The notes beneath the pieces were generated by a model that worked only from the letters and a program-made list of their open reading frames with translations, searched no databases and had not been told where the DNA came from. Positions 1-11,886 of a DNA stretch of 64,000 bases are shown piece by piece. Position numbers and translations under genes: made by a program. Within the stretch, counting starts at the first letter, position 1; every line of letters begins with the position of its first letter. Source of the DNA: Phyllosticta citribraziliensis (lineage: Eukaryota); assembly GCF_038025025.1 (NCBI RefSeq), contig NW_027117343.1, forward strand, positions 2,232,001 through 2,296,000, given 5' to 3'.

Positions 1-19
1 TGTTTTCTATCTTTCGCTT

Positions 20-20
<1 letters not shown>

Positions 21-54
<34 letters not shown>
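21..54. repeat. poly-C tract (34 nt)
   Basis: Uninterrupted C run read directly from the sequence. Confidence 0.95.
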
Positions 55-169
55 TTTCCCTGCCAGCAATCGATATTGGCCTCAACATTCAACACTTAAC
101 GTAGAGCAGACAGAGCCGGTAAGACAGCGCGAGTGGTGGCGACGACATGTCGATATCGACGTCAGCGGG

Positions 170-1480
170 CAAGAGAAAGAGCAAGAGCAAGAGCAAGAGC
201 AACAGCAAGTACAACGACTGGTCCGCCAATTACTCAATGTTGGGTCATTCTAGTCACTGGCACTGTTTGAATTGCTCCTTTCTTTTGCGCACGCTCGCTG
301 ATGGCAGCACACCGTACCTACTTACCCACTCCCGCCAGCTGTGCCAGCTGTGCATTCGCCACCACCAGTCCAGGTGTTCTCGTTCTCGTTGGGGTGAGTA
401 ACTACGGTAGGGGTGAGTGAGGATGACTCATACCCACGACCATCTGGCGTGGCGGCGAGGCGACGCGAGGAGGCGGCGTGGCGAGGCGTGGCGACGTTGA
501 ACTAGTGACACAAACAAGTGGACGGAAGTACTCCTAGTCACGTTGGTATGCATGTACCATGTGGCGAGAGGAACGCGAGAAGAAAGGAAGGCGAGAAAGG
601 TCAGGGATATTTCTGGTTAGTCATTTATTTGTTCGTTCGTTCGTTCGTTCGTCAGGGGGGCGAGGGAGGGAGGAGGAGGAGGTTGCGACTGCATCTGGCA
701 CTTGGACGAAAGAGAGGCTCGAAAATGCTTCCTACGCGGTCGGTGCGAAGGGTTGTTTTCCTTCTCACTCACTCGCTCACTCACCACCATCATCTCAATC
801 TCCTCAAGAAAAGTACATAGGTACACCCACCCACCACCCACCACCCACGCCCACCAAATCCCAACCCTCCCCTCCCCGAGCAAGCGCTCCATCTCCGGCC
901 CCGACACATCCCCACCAATCCAGTTCACCTACCCTTCTAGGCAGGTACGGTAGGCTGTCGTCCATCCGCCGCCCGTCCATCCATCCATCCATCCATACAA
1001 GTCTCAGCAACGTGGCTATGCCGCGCATACCTCCTCGCACATGCGTCCAAAGCATGTATTGTATGTGACCAAAAAAAGCAACACCGACGGCAGAAGATTC
1101 CGCGTCGCGTCGCAGCGCCTCCTGCGCTCGCTCCGTCGGAAGTCGGAAGTCGGATGGCCGCGGCGCGAGCAAGCGGGCCTGTGAGCAAGCAAGCAAGCAA
1201 GCGACGGCCGCTCGCTTCCTCGCTCGCTTCCTTGATTTGTCGGCGTGTTGGGGTGTTGCCTGGAGGGCTGCTGGGCTGGCTGGCTGGCTGGGTCGGTTGG
1301 CGGACGGACGGACGGACGGACTGATTGACGGACAAACGCGTCCTCCCCGCCGGACGACTTTCCTGTTGCGCTGGAGGGCTGCTGCTGGGCGCTCGTGTTG
1401 ATGGATGGATGGGGTGCGGAGGACGCAGACGGCGCGGCGCGGTTGTGAGTTGGAGAGGTGTGATGGGATGCATGGATGGA
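170..1480. repeat. Microsatellite-rich intergenic region: (AAGAGC)n, (GTTC)n, (CCAT)n, (GCAA)n, (GCTG)n, (GACG)n, (GGAT)n
   Basis: Short tandem runs at about 173-200, 628-651, 975-995, 1185-1201, 1270-1320 and 1399-1480. No credible ORF. Confidence 0.8.
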
Positions 1481-1686
1481 TGCGACACGCGACATTCAGA
1501 CTCAGAATGCAAGCAGGCCGTTGAGAAAGGAGCATGTAGGAAACTGAACTTGCAGATTAAAAAGAGCCGTGTGTTCGAAAAAAGGTATCGACATGTCCGA
1601 CGTCTATGCACATAACACATCAACAGGAGTACCGTAGCCCACCTGCAGCCAACCCACCCCAATAACTTTTTCATATCATTCATCCC

Positions 1687-3736
1687 TCATTGACTCATAA
1701 GCAGCTTGGTAGCCCACGAGACATTCAGCGTGCGCAAGTCGCTGTAGTGCTGGCCGGTGCCCAAAAAGACGACGGGGATCCCCGTCGCATGCACCATGCT
1801 GACCAACGTGCCCACCATGTCGCCGACGGTATCGCACTTGCTGATGATGAAGCCATCCAGCTTGCGGCCGCTGCCGAAGCTGGCGTTGAAGTTGCGCGCC
1901 TGCGCCACCGAGTCCGTCCCGACGAGCGCCTCGCCGACCATGAGGATCTTGTCCGGCTGCGCCAGCTTGGCGAACTTCTCCAGCGACGACATGAGCCGCT
2001 GGTCGTTGTGCCGCCGCCCCGCCGTGTCGATGAGCACCACGTCGTACCCGTTGGTCGACGCGTGCTTGACGGCGTCCGCTGCAATGTTGGCCGCGTCCCT
2101 GCCGTAGCCGCGCTCAAAAAGGTCGACGCTGCCGCCTTCGCGCTTGGAGAGTTCTTGCAGGTTGCGTACATGGACGCGCAGCTGTTCAACAGCGCCAGAG
2201 CGAAACGTGTCAGCCGCGGCGATGAGGAGGCGGAACTTGTTTTGGAGGAGAAAGTATGCGATCTTGGAGAGGTTCGTGGATTTGCCAACACCATTGACTC
2301 CGACGATGGAAATGACGTAAGGTCGCGGCTTTTGGAGGGAGAGTGCCGGTGGGTTGTTGACGTTCTGAATGGAGCGGAGGAGGTCGAGAGAAGTGGTTGG
2401 TGTCAAGATTTTGGAGAGTGCCCGCTCCATGGCATTGTGGATAGTGACCTCAACACCTACAACATGTTAGCAATCTCCGACGAATGTAGGACCCAACATA
2501 CTTGTAAAGCTTCCCGTCTTGACGCCAACAAGGTCCTGCTCCACGCTCTCGCAAAGCCTCAGCGCCGCCTCACGCGCAACGTTCTTGCGCAGTAAGTGAT
2601 CCTCCATGCCTTTGAGCGGCTTGGCCAGGTCCTCCTTCGTCAATGTCTTTCCACCCACGACATTCCTGAAAAGACCGCCAATCGCACCCAGGCTTGACCC
2701 CACGAAGCCCGAGCCAGACTCTTTGCTGTCTCCCTTTTTGGCATTGGCCGCGGCCAAAATCTCGTCCATTTCCTCGTCGAGGTCCTTCAGCACGAACTCG
2801 CCCTTGCCTGTCCTCTTGCCCCACGACGATGACTCGACCTGCTCTACTGTTGTTTCCTGAGCCTCCATGTTGAGCGATGGTGTTGAGTAATCCAACACGG
2901 TATCATCCTCCTCGTCCGCAGCACCAAAATCATTCCATTTCCGTCCCTTCTTTCCCTTTGTTGTTCGCCGCGCCGGAGACTCATCACCCGACGACATGGG
3001 TGCGGACGTGAGATTTGCCTTTTTCTTCGCACGGCGCGACTGCCTTCCCCCGGGTCCGCCCTTAGCTGCAAGAAGATGGTTGTTGACCGCCGGAGAATTC
3101 GGCCGCGACGTGTCGGGCGTCGATGTGGGGGTCGCATCGTTCGAGGTACCATTTTGCGCTGGTTTGGGGAGTGGTCTTCTCAAGCCGGGCATGGGAGGTG
3201 CTTCGTGGGCATGGTCTGTTCCTGAGCTCGAAGGTGGCGTGAGTTCGACCGTCGGCGCAGAGTCGCGAATGGGCGGCGCGGCGCTTTCCCCAAGAGCCTC
3301 GAGTTCTTGTACTTGGCGATCAAAGTAGTCGTCGAATGGGCAGTCGATGACGCAGGTATTGCGCTTCTTTAGCTGGTCTTTGTACAGCTCGGTGAAGAGT
3401 GTGCGCACATTGTCCAGCAGCTTATCTATCCAGGTAAGTTGAACGAGGGACTGGTAGACGGCCTGCGCTGTGTTATTTCAAGACTGCGCAAGTGCGTGGC
3501 TCGATACGTACGACGAAGATGAGGCCAAAGTCTTTTGCTGTGGTCCATTTCAGCGTGTAGCCATCCTTTCTGTAAGCTGGCTTCTGCGCCGCAAGAGGGT
3601 CGTCGGAAGCCACATTGCGCTCCTCGATGAAGACGTCGCGGATCAGCGAGTCGATGGCCTTTGCGCTGACGTTTGCATACTTCTTGGACCAGAGGACAAC
3701 GCCAGTGGTTGAGATGATCTCGAACGAGTCGAGCAT
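1687..3736 (-). CDS. SRP101: Signal recognition particle receptor alpha subunit (3 exons)
   Basis: N-terminal SRX-like MLDSFEIISTTGVVLW. SRP GTPase motifs GVNGVGKST, DTFRSGA, DTAGR, SKCD and FLGTGQHY. GT-AG introns at about 3510-3463 and 2500-2456. Confidence 0.95.
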
Positions 3737-3956
3737 GGCGATTGGCGGGGATGTTTGGTGTTGGGTCGTGGGGAGGGAGCGTTCGGGGAATCTCCGCAAC
3801 GCGTCAGGTCGCCGCTTCCTTCTGACAGAGGCTCAATGATGCAGCTTCTCCGAACGAGCCACCTTTCCGCTGCTTCTTCAACCAAACAACACACCTACGC
3901 AGCTCCATCGCTTCGCCCACGACTGCTCCCGACAACCTCACAACCATCATTTCACC

Positions 3957-5170
3957 ATGCAGCGGCAGACATTCGGACCCGCGCAGTCTCCGCGTAAGTC
4001 ACCTCCTAGGACCTCGCGTCTGGCTGCTCCCAAACCGCTAACATCTACAAGCGCTCCACCACCCGGTCCCTCAGCATATATCCCAAGTCCCCAACCTACG
4101 TAGCCCTCCACCGCCCCAGCCACAACCCCAAGCTCAAGCAAACAGCTATGGCTATCCGCAGCAAAACCCACAACAGAATCCACAGCAAGGCAGCGGCTTC
4201 ACGCAGCAGCCGGGCTTTGGGGGCTTCCTGAACGACCCAACTGCCCAAATGGGCTTCTCAATTGGCCAGAATGCTGCCAGGGCTGGCCAGGAATACATGG
4301 AGCAAAACGTTGGCCCCCAGGTCGCTGGGCTCGAGGACAACAGCTGACCAGGCGCGCAGTTCAATCGCTACGTCAACACAGTTGCGCTCAAGCATTATTT
4401 CAACGTCACCAACTCGTATGTGGTCAACAAACTCTTCCTCGTCGTCTTCCCGTGGCGGCATCGTCCGTGGGTACGGCAAAACTACGACGGCTTCTTCCTT
4501 CCCCCTAGGGAAGACATCAACAGTCCGGACATGTATATACCAGGTGAGGCTTGCTGAGTTCACCCACGTGTACGCGTCACTCTGACCTCCCCTAGTCATG
4601 GCCTTTGTGACTTACATCCTCCTCTCGACCCTCCTTGCGGGTATCCGAGGAGCATTCCACCCTGAGCTCCTGGGAATCACGGCAACCAAAGGCTTTGCCG
4701 TCGTCTTGTTTGAGATACTGGGTCTGAAGCTCGGTTGCTACTTCCTCAGTATAAGCAACGACTCGCAGCTGCTTGATCTGGTGGCCTACTCCGGTTACAA
4801 GTTCGTCGGTATTATCGTTACACTGGTTGTCGCGGAGGTGTTCAACAAGGGCCAGGGCTCCGGTGGCTGGGTCGGCTGGGTGGTCTTCTTCTACACGTTC
4901 ATGGCCCTCGCGTTCTTTTTGGTGAGCAAGGAGCATTCATGCCCGGATACTCGTGTGAGAGTACTGACATTATTCCAGCTCCGATCATTGAAGTACGTCT
5001 TGCTCCCGGATACGGCACCGAACGGCGGCGGTCAAGCCGGCTATACGATTGCCCGGAACCAGCGTTATGCCCGCACCCAGTTTCTCTTCTTCTATTCCTA
5101 CATTGTTCAGGGCTTCTTCATGCTGTGGCTATCCAGCCAGAGCTCTAGCAGCCAGTCAGCCGGTTCTTAG
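3957..5170 (+). CDS. YIF1: Yif1/Hrf1 ER-Golgi trafficking membrane protein (5 exons)
   Basis: Spliced translation gives [59 protein letters not shown] and FLLRSLKY. Confidence 0.92.
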
Positions 5171-5420
5171 TGGGTAATTCTCAGGTGACGGGCAGGGAGG
5201 CTCCCTCTCAGACGGACATGTGTCGGACGGCAAGGAGGCTTCAGCAGATTCGCAATCGGCGTCAAAAATGGGCATACTTGGCCCCGGGCGGGCGCAGGGG
5301 GTGTTTGACTTCACAAGAGGATTAGTAGAGATATCAAGACATGGAGAACTTTCCCAGGCTCGGCGACAACTCGTGGCATGGTCGCACAGTCGATGCCAAA
5401 AGAAACAACAGCCGGCTGGG

Positions 5421-5552
5421 CCTTGGGAACCTTCATCTACCACCACAGCCAGACCTAGGGAGCTGCCGTTCACTTCAACAGCAGCAGCCAGGGAACTGCC
5501 AGCCATCACCGCGGCTGTACCTAGGAAGCTGCCAATCCTAGACGCCTATCAT
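5421..5552 (+). repeat. Degenerate 33-nt tandem repeat, about 4 copies
   Basis: Units start at 5421, 5454, 5487 and 5520 (ccttgggaacc, cctagggagctgcc, gccagggaactgcc, cctaggaagctgcc). Confidence 0.6.
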
Positions 5553-6034
5553 GGTCGCGTCATCGTCCAGCTGTCACAGCAGAACCAAGCCTGAGAACGC
5601 CAGGCGCATTTCTTGACCTATGAACGGGAAATGGAGGGGATATAAGCAAATGGCTTGGAAACTAATGTACACTAGGACTTCAGCTCTAGCGCGGCTCCGA
5701 GTTCGCATTCTTTGGCGTTGAAAGTGGGAATTCTCGATCGATTTGTAGCAGCACTTTCAACGTTTAATACGACAAACTAGACCGCTTTCATTACGACAGG
5801 GGGAATTCAATCAAGGTCAAAAAGAAGAGCTTAAAAAATGGATAGAGACAGGGCAACTGTCGGCTGACATGTAGGGCCGAGCGCTAGGCGTCTCTACCGA
5901 CGTCACCACAACAAATGAGATCGATTTGCAGGCCCCATTCACCAGTCGCGCTGCATCCCCGTCGTCATACCCTACCACAACCCTAGTCTACTCGCAGATT
6001 TTGTTGATCCCACACGCCGCCATGCGGCTGCTTT

Positions 6035-6040
6035 TATAAA
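6035..6040 (+). promoter_or_regulatory. Candidate TATA box of the sugar transporter gene
   Basis: TATAAA about 165 nt upstream of the ATG at 6201. Confidence 0.4.
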
Positions 6041-6200
6041 CATCGCCGACGCCCTCAGCCGCCGGTCACAAGGCCAGGGTTCTGTCTGTCTCATTTCGTC
6101 GTTTTCTGGCGCGGGAATCTGATCTTGCCTGACATCTGGCGTTATCTGCCTCCTCGAATGCTCTCTGTTGTCCGCAGCACATTGCGATCTGTCACTCACG

Positions 6201-7816
6201 ATGGCGTATTTTGCAGAAAAGTTCAAGTCTATTTGCAATGACAAGAAGACGCAGGTCGTGCTCTTCTCAAGCACTGCGATTGCGCTTTATGGCTATGATC
6301 AAGTACATTCCCTTCTCCAAATCCGTCATCTGGTGTGCATGGCTGACTGCTTCAGGGTATGATGTCCTTGATCAACACCAATCACGACTACCTCTCTCGC
6401 ATGGAGATATCTGCCTCGTCTCCGCTCGTTGGCGTCATTGTGGCCATCTACTATCTTGGCTGCACCGTCGGTGCTGTCTTCTTCTCGTGGTTTTCTGACC
6501 GGTTCGGCCGCAAAAAGGGCATCTTTTTCTGTCTGGCTACGGCCAGCTTGGGCAATTTCATCATGTTCATTGCGGGCCTGGGCTATGCGCGGGGCGCTCT
6601 CGCGGTGATGTTGGTCGGCCGCGTCATCATGGGACTCGGCGTTGGCGGAATCGACGCGGTAATCCCCGTGTACAGTTCGGAGCTTTCAGAGAGCAAGGCG
6701 CGAGGCAAGGCGCTGGCGCAAGAGTTCCAGTCCAACATCTTTGGCCTCAACATGGCCTTTGGTATCAACCTGGGCGTGACGGTGGCGCTCGGCAAGTCCA
6801 ACCAGTGGGCCTGGCGCATCCCCATCATCGTCATGCAAATTTACCCCGTCTTGCTGCTCGCCGTTATCGAGAGGCTGCCCGAGAGCCCGCGCTGGTGCAT
6901 CTACCACGGCCTGGACGACGATGCCAGAGAGGCGTGCGAGGAGATTACGCCTGGTGGAGGCGAAAAGCACCTCGAAGAGTTGAAAAAGAGCCACGAGCAA
7001 GAGTCTGACAAGTCGGTTTCGTACGTCAACATGATCACGCCCGGGCACCCGCAGTTCCACCCAACCGTTATGACGGTCATGGTGCAAATAAACCAGGCGC
7101 TGACGGGCTACGGCGCCGTCTCCGTCTACGGGCCGCAAATATTCGAACTCCTCGGCTTCGCAACACGGCCCGCAGAGTATCTCACCATGGGCAACTACAT
7201 CTCGTACCTCATCCTCATGACGGCAGCGTGGCTTTTGATCGACGCTGTCGGCCGGCGAGCCCTGATGCTCTGGGGCTCGAGCGTGCTGACCAGCTGCTTC
7301 GTGCTGCTCGCGCTGTTCGGCGGCCTCTCGATGCACGCCGCGGACCTGGACATCCCCAACCTGGCCGTCGCGGTGCCGGGCATCGTCGCACTCTTTACGG
7401 CCACGGGCGCCTTCGGCATTGGCTGGCTGGCCACCGTGTGGCTCGCCCCGACCGAGATCGTGCCCACGACGGCGCGCGGGCAGATGGCCGCCATCTCCGT
7501 CATCATCTGGGGGCTGGCCAACTTCGCCATCACCCTCCTGACCCCGCTCATGTTCAACAACCTCAAGTACTGGATCTTTCTCGTCTTTGCGGCTACCAAT
7601 GCTATTGCGGGTTTGTCTACTTGGACCTACCTGCCCGAGACGGGCGGCCGCAGTTTCGAGGAGAATCAGCGCTTCTTTGAGGATGCGGCAAAGGAGGGTT
7701 CTTGGAAGGTTAGTAAGGTCGATGAAGGCGCGTATCTGCGCATGCCGTATCCGAATAGTGAGGAGGATGCTGGAGAGAGGGCGCCGCTGTTGAGCAGGGT
7801 GAGGGATCAGTTGTAG
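6201..7816 (+). CDS. MFS sugar porter family transporter (2 exons)
   Basis: YGYDQG across the intron at about 6303-6355, plus DRFGRK, PESPRW, DAVGRR and PETGG motifs and about 12 hydrophobic segments. Confidence 0.92.
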
Positions 7817-8108
7817 AATGTGGCGTCTAGAGGATAAGTTTGCGAGTTTGGTCTTCTTTGTACTGATAGCGATTTGTCTTTATGGGCGTTATGTCAGTCT
7901 AGAGTCGACTTCGGACTAATGGTATGAGAAACCTCAATGTGCGTCAAGTCTGGAAATAAGAATTGGACTTTTATTGTGCTTGATGTCATCACGAAACGAA
8001 TGAATGCTCAATGAGCTTTTAACTTCTCCACTCCCATGAACCCTCCTCCCTCTTTCCCCCCTTTAACGACACATCCCACACCAACGCAGGGCAACTGGCC
8101 ACCGTGAA

Positions 8109-10859
8109 TTAGGCCTGCACACCACGCGTTCCCCACGTGCCAAACCCCCAACCCCTATCCCAAAAGTTTCTCTTCACCCTAACACTCCCGCTCAACTTGC
8201 GCATACCGACAATGTCGGACTGGCTCCTCAAAGAATCCACGCTGGACTTGAAGTATCCCGCGTTGCCGCTGGCGCTGATCCACGTGCAGCCGGGTGTGGC
8301 GTCGCACTGCGCCATCAGGTTGGCGTTCCACAAGCTGCGGTCGACAGACGCCCACCTCGGGTTCGCCGCCATGTTTTGGCCCTGTTGACGTCGTCAGTAA
8401 TCTGATAAGAGGGATGGGAGGGAAGAGGGAAGAAAGGGAGAAGGGACGGACCTCGGCGTCAAATCCGCAGTTGATCAGGAATCGACCGCCCGTGATGGGC
8501 ACCGTGTAGACGGTGTTGTTGGCCGAGGGACACGTCGGGCCTGCGGGAGCGGCCAGGTAAGATGTCGCTGCCGTCAAGGCCGTGCTGGTTGTAGACGAGC
8601 TGCTGCTGATGCTGGGTAATGCGGAGCCGCTCGTCAGTTTGCGCGCGCCCCAGATGTTCTGGTTCACGTTCGGCGCCATGATGGTGTTCTTCATGTAGCA
8701 AGGACCTGCAGGCACGCAGAGTCAGTCAATTCTGGCGCAAAGAATAGCAAGGGGTTGGAAGGGAAGGACGCACTCAGGTCTCCCGGCGGGTTCGGCAGTA
8801 CGAAGCTGACTTGGATGCAGTTGGCTGTTTCCGAACAGAATTGGAGGCACTGGTTGAGCGAGGCGGCGGACTTGCTGCCCAGGTCGCCGCCAATGCGGTC
8901 CCACGTGCACTCAACGGCGAAAGTCGATCCATCCGGCGTCGTGACTACTGTTCCGTTGCCGTTGGGGCAGATGACGGTTGGCGCCGCGGTAGACGAGGAA
9001 AATGTTGAAGTGTTGTTGTTTGTAGTCGAAGTCGAAGACGACGGCGTTGATGTCGCTGAGCTGGAAGTGCTGCTGCTGCTAAGTGCGGTTGGAAGTGACA
9101 GACTGGGTGCGCTCGAGCCGATGCTGACTGACGGGATAGCGACGCTGATGGAGGAACTCTGTCCGGCACCAGAAACGTTGATGACCGAGATGCTTGACGA
9201 AGGGAGGCCAAGAGACGAGCTGCTCGCAGGAGCCAAGAAGGGAGCCGGAATGGAAATCGACGGCACCGAAAAGCTCGGAACCAAGACGCTTGGACTCGGA
9301 CTGCTTGCAGGAGGTACGGCAGAAACGCTCGGAATTGAGACGACCGGAGCCGAGACACTCGGGATCGAAACACTGGGAACAGAAGGAGAGCTGACCTCAG
9401 GAGGCGTAGGAGAGACATCCGGAATCGAGAAAGTAGACACGAAAATGCTTGGAACTGAGATGCCAGGCGTGATGGTGGTGGCAAACGGTGAGACTGGCGC
9501 CGAAGAGGGTGCCAGACTCGGGAAACCACTCAGAAACGACGGAGTCGTCGGAAGAGGTTGCAATGTGAGTTGATTTCCGGCAAAGTAGTTGAGCGTCGTG
9601 GCAGTGATGAGATTTGAAAAGGTCGGATTGAAGCCCGTGAACGATTGGAAGATCGAGACAGACAATGGATCGAACAATGTGGCACCACAGATTGGGCTGC
9701 TGGGCGGATACACAGTCCTAAAGAGCGTGTCGATTATTGTCTCACTGACAGTCCCGCGTGGAATATTCACGATGGCTGTCTTGGTCAAAGCAGGCTGTGT
9801 GCCCATCCGAGTGACGGTAGATGAGACGTTTAAGAAGATGGTTGGATTGGCGGCTGTGACTGTGGCCCAAATAGTATTCCTCGACAAAGAAGTGATGGTA
9901 TCGACCATCGTCGACAAAGCCTGAACATAGGTCGTTCCCCGAGGAATGATGGACGTTGAGAATACAGTGCCGCAGTACGGAATAGACCAGACAGTCAGAG
10001 CCTGGCGTTTTTCCAATTCATTCCGCTTGCTGGGCGGGGCCGTCACTGCTGGCTCCGCCGCGGGAGCACCCGTTGGCTGGAGCATAAGCCGCGGTGAGAT
10101 GCAATCCGAGCTGACGGTAGAGGTAGACGTAGATCGAACAGTGACAGTCTTGTCGTCATTGACTAAGAAGGACGAAACAGTCACGGCCGGGCTGGTGATA
10201 ATGGTAGTCGTAAGGCCAACTCGAGTGACAGTCGCCTGGTCAGTCGGCGTAACAGTAGTCTTCCCAGTAAAATCGATGACGGTAGTCTCAGCTGAGGGGA
10301 GTCAGTATAGTCAAGTTGGAGATCTATGGGAGGCTTACTCGAAGTTGATGAGACCCATCTGGTTGTGGTCGAAGTGACAGTAGTATACTGGATGGTCTGC
10401 GTGTGCGCGTGAGTGTAAGAGACCTGAGTCGTAAAACGGCCACCCTCGTTCGTGCCAAAGAGACGAAGAGTGACTGGACCAGCCGCAATCGTCGACTGGG
10501 CAATCCTGAAGCTAAACGGCACCGTGCCGGTAAACCCTCGCTCAATGGTGGCCGGATTCATGGCAGACACGAAGCGTGTCGAGCCTGCGGTGTCCACATA
10601 GGTCGCTTGGACAGTGTATATGCCGGCTGCTTCGCATCCAGGCCGGGAGCCGTCTGCGATCAAGTTTGCCAAAAGTCTTTCCGCGGCGAAGGGGTCCTGA
10701 GCAAAGGTTAGAGGTTTCTAAAAACCCGATGGACCATCTTACAGAGTTGCAAGTGCCGCCGCCAGGAGCAAAAGCGAAATTGACGCATGCCTGAGCCGAG
10801 ACAGCAGTCGCCTGCAGTGCGACAACGGCGAAACGGAGAACCGATTTTTTCGAGAACAT
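8109..10859 (-). CDS. Secreted Ser/Thr/Pro-rich (mucin-like) protein, about 839 aa, with two C-terminal PAN/apple-like Cys modules (5 exons)
   Basis: Signal peptide MFSKKSVLRFAVVALQATAVSA. Exons 10859-10743, 10696-10339, 10291-8774, 8705-8452 and 8381-8109 join in frame. Modules CPNGNG..VEC..DRIGGD..C..FC....C..CYMK and CPSANN..INCGFD..C....GC. Confidence 0.8.
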
Positions 10860-11886
10860 GGTGAGAGAGATGTTGGCTCCTGAGCCGACCAAACACGGTG
10901 TAAGCGACAGGGAAAGCTTGCAGGCCGAACACCTGGAGCTTGCTTCTTATTTGAAACCATCTCATTGACCAACACCATGGAAAGACGTAGGCGAAAAGCC
11001 TTCCAAAGCCACATCCAGCATACCGGCGTCATGGCCATCATTGATGGTGTTCTGGAGGCTATAGTCGACGTTGAGTGATTGTCCTGGTAGCAAAGGCCAT
11101 GTTGATGATCTGCAAACTGGTAGATTGATTATCCCGTTTGCGGTATTCAAGGACCGGGGTTTGGGGTTGTTCCTGAGCACTGAATGGCGTCCTGGGATGT
11201 GGGGAAAATGGCAGAGACGGTGAAAGCAAACGTAAACGACTTGACGGCAGGAATAAGCGGTAGGCACGATTTTCCAGTGCGGCGGTCTTAGAAAAGACGC
11301 AGATGAGCCAATTTCTCTCAGCATTTTGACCATGGACCTGGCGAGACTTGTTCATGAGCGCTGACTCTGCATGGCCAACTGCTTGCAAAGAGGCTAGAGA
11401 AAGTGGAGCGAGCCATCAACTACCAAATGAAGGATTTTGGCGTTGGAGCAGCGAATGTTATTGCCTAGTAATTGCCAGTCGCAAATTGGCCAGGGCCTAA
11501 CAAAGAAGTCAGCAGTGCATACCCGAGCGGTATTCATCTGTGGCGTACACAAAGATCCTCCTGTTCAGTGAAGACTGGTCGATGTCAGAAAAGAAATGAC
11601 GAGCGGGTATCGCGAACCGAGCCACTGGGACGTTGTAGCAAGTCCCGGCACCCGGGATAAAAGATGAATGCTTGTATCTGATCCGTCCTGGACAAAGCCG
11701 TCCATGACGTCGCGTCAGGTAGCATCACCACAAAGAAGACGAATGCGGGGAAGACAACCAGCCGAAGAGAAGAAACTGTTGAAAGTTGGTGTTCAAAGCC
11801 TGCTAAGCTCTTCAGGTCAAAGAGTTGGCGCACAGCCAGCGGTACTGCCTCCGCCACCAGTACATTCAAACGTTGATGGGTATCGC

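Noticed and set aside
818..830. 13-mer TAGGTACACCCAC recurring inverted at 59431-59443
   Set aside because: Matches of this length are expected by chance in 64 kb, and the match does not extend usefully.
147..1683. Several ORFs of 100-250 aa in the first 1.7 kb
   Set aside because: They are translations of microsatellites (VRSF, PSIH, ACLL, MDGW) with no motif or codon bias.
1690..2595. Long antisense ORFs over real genes (also 8755-9573, 16928-17761, 29771-30496, 48798-49661)
   Set aside because: Shadow ORFs expected opposite GC-biased coding sequence.
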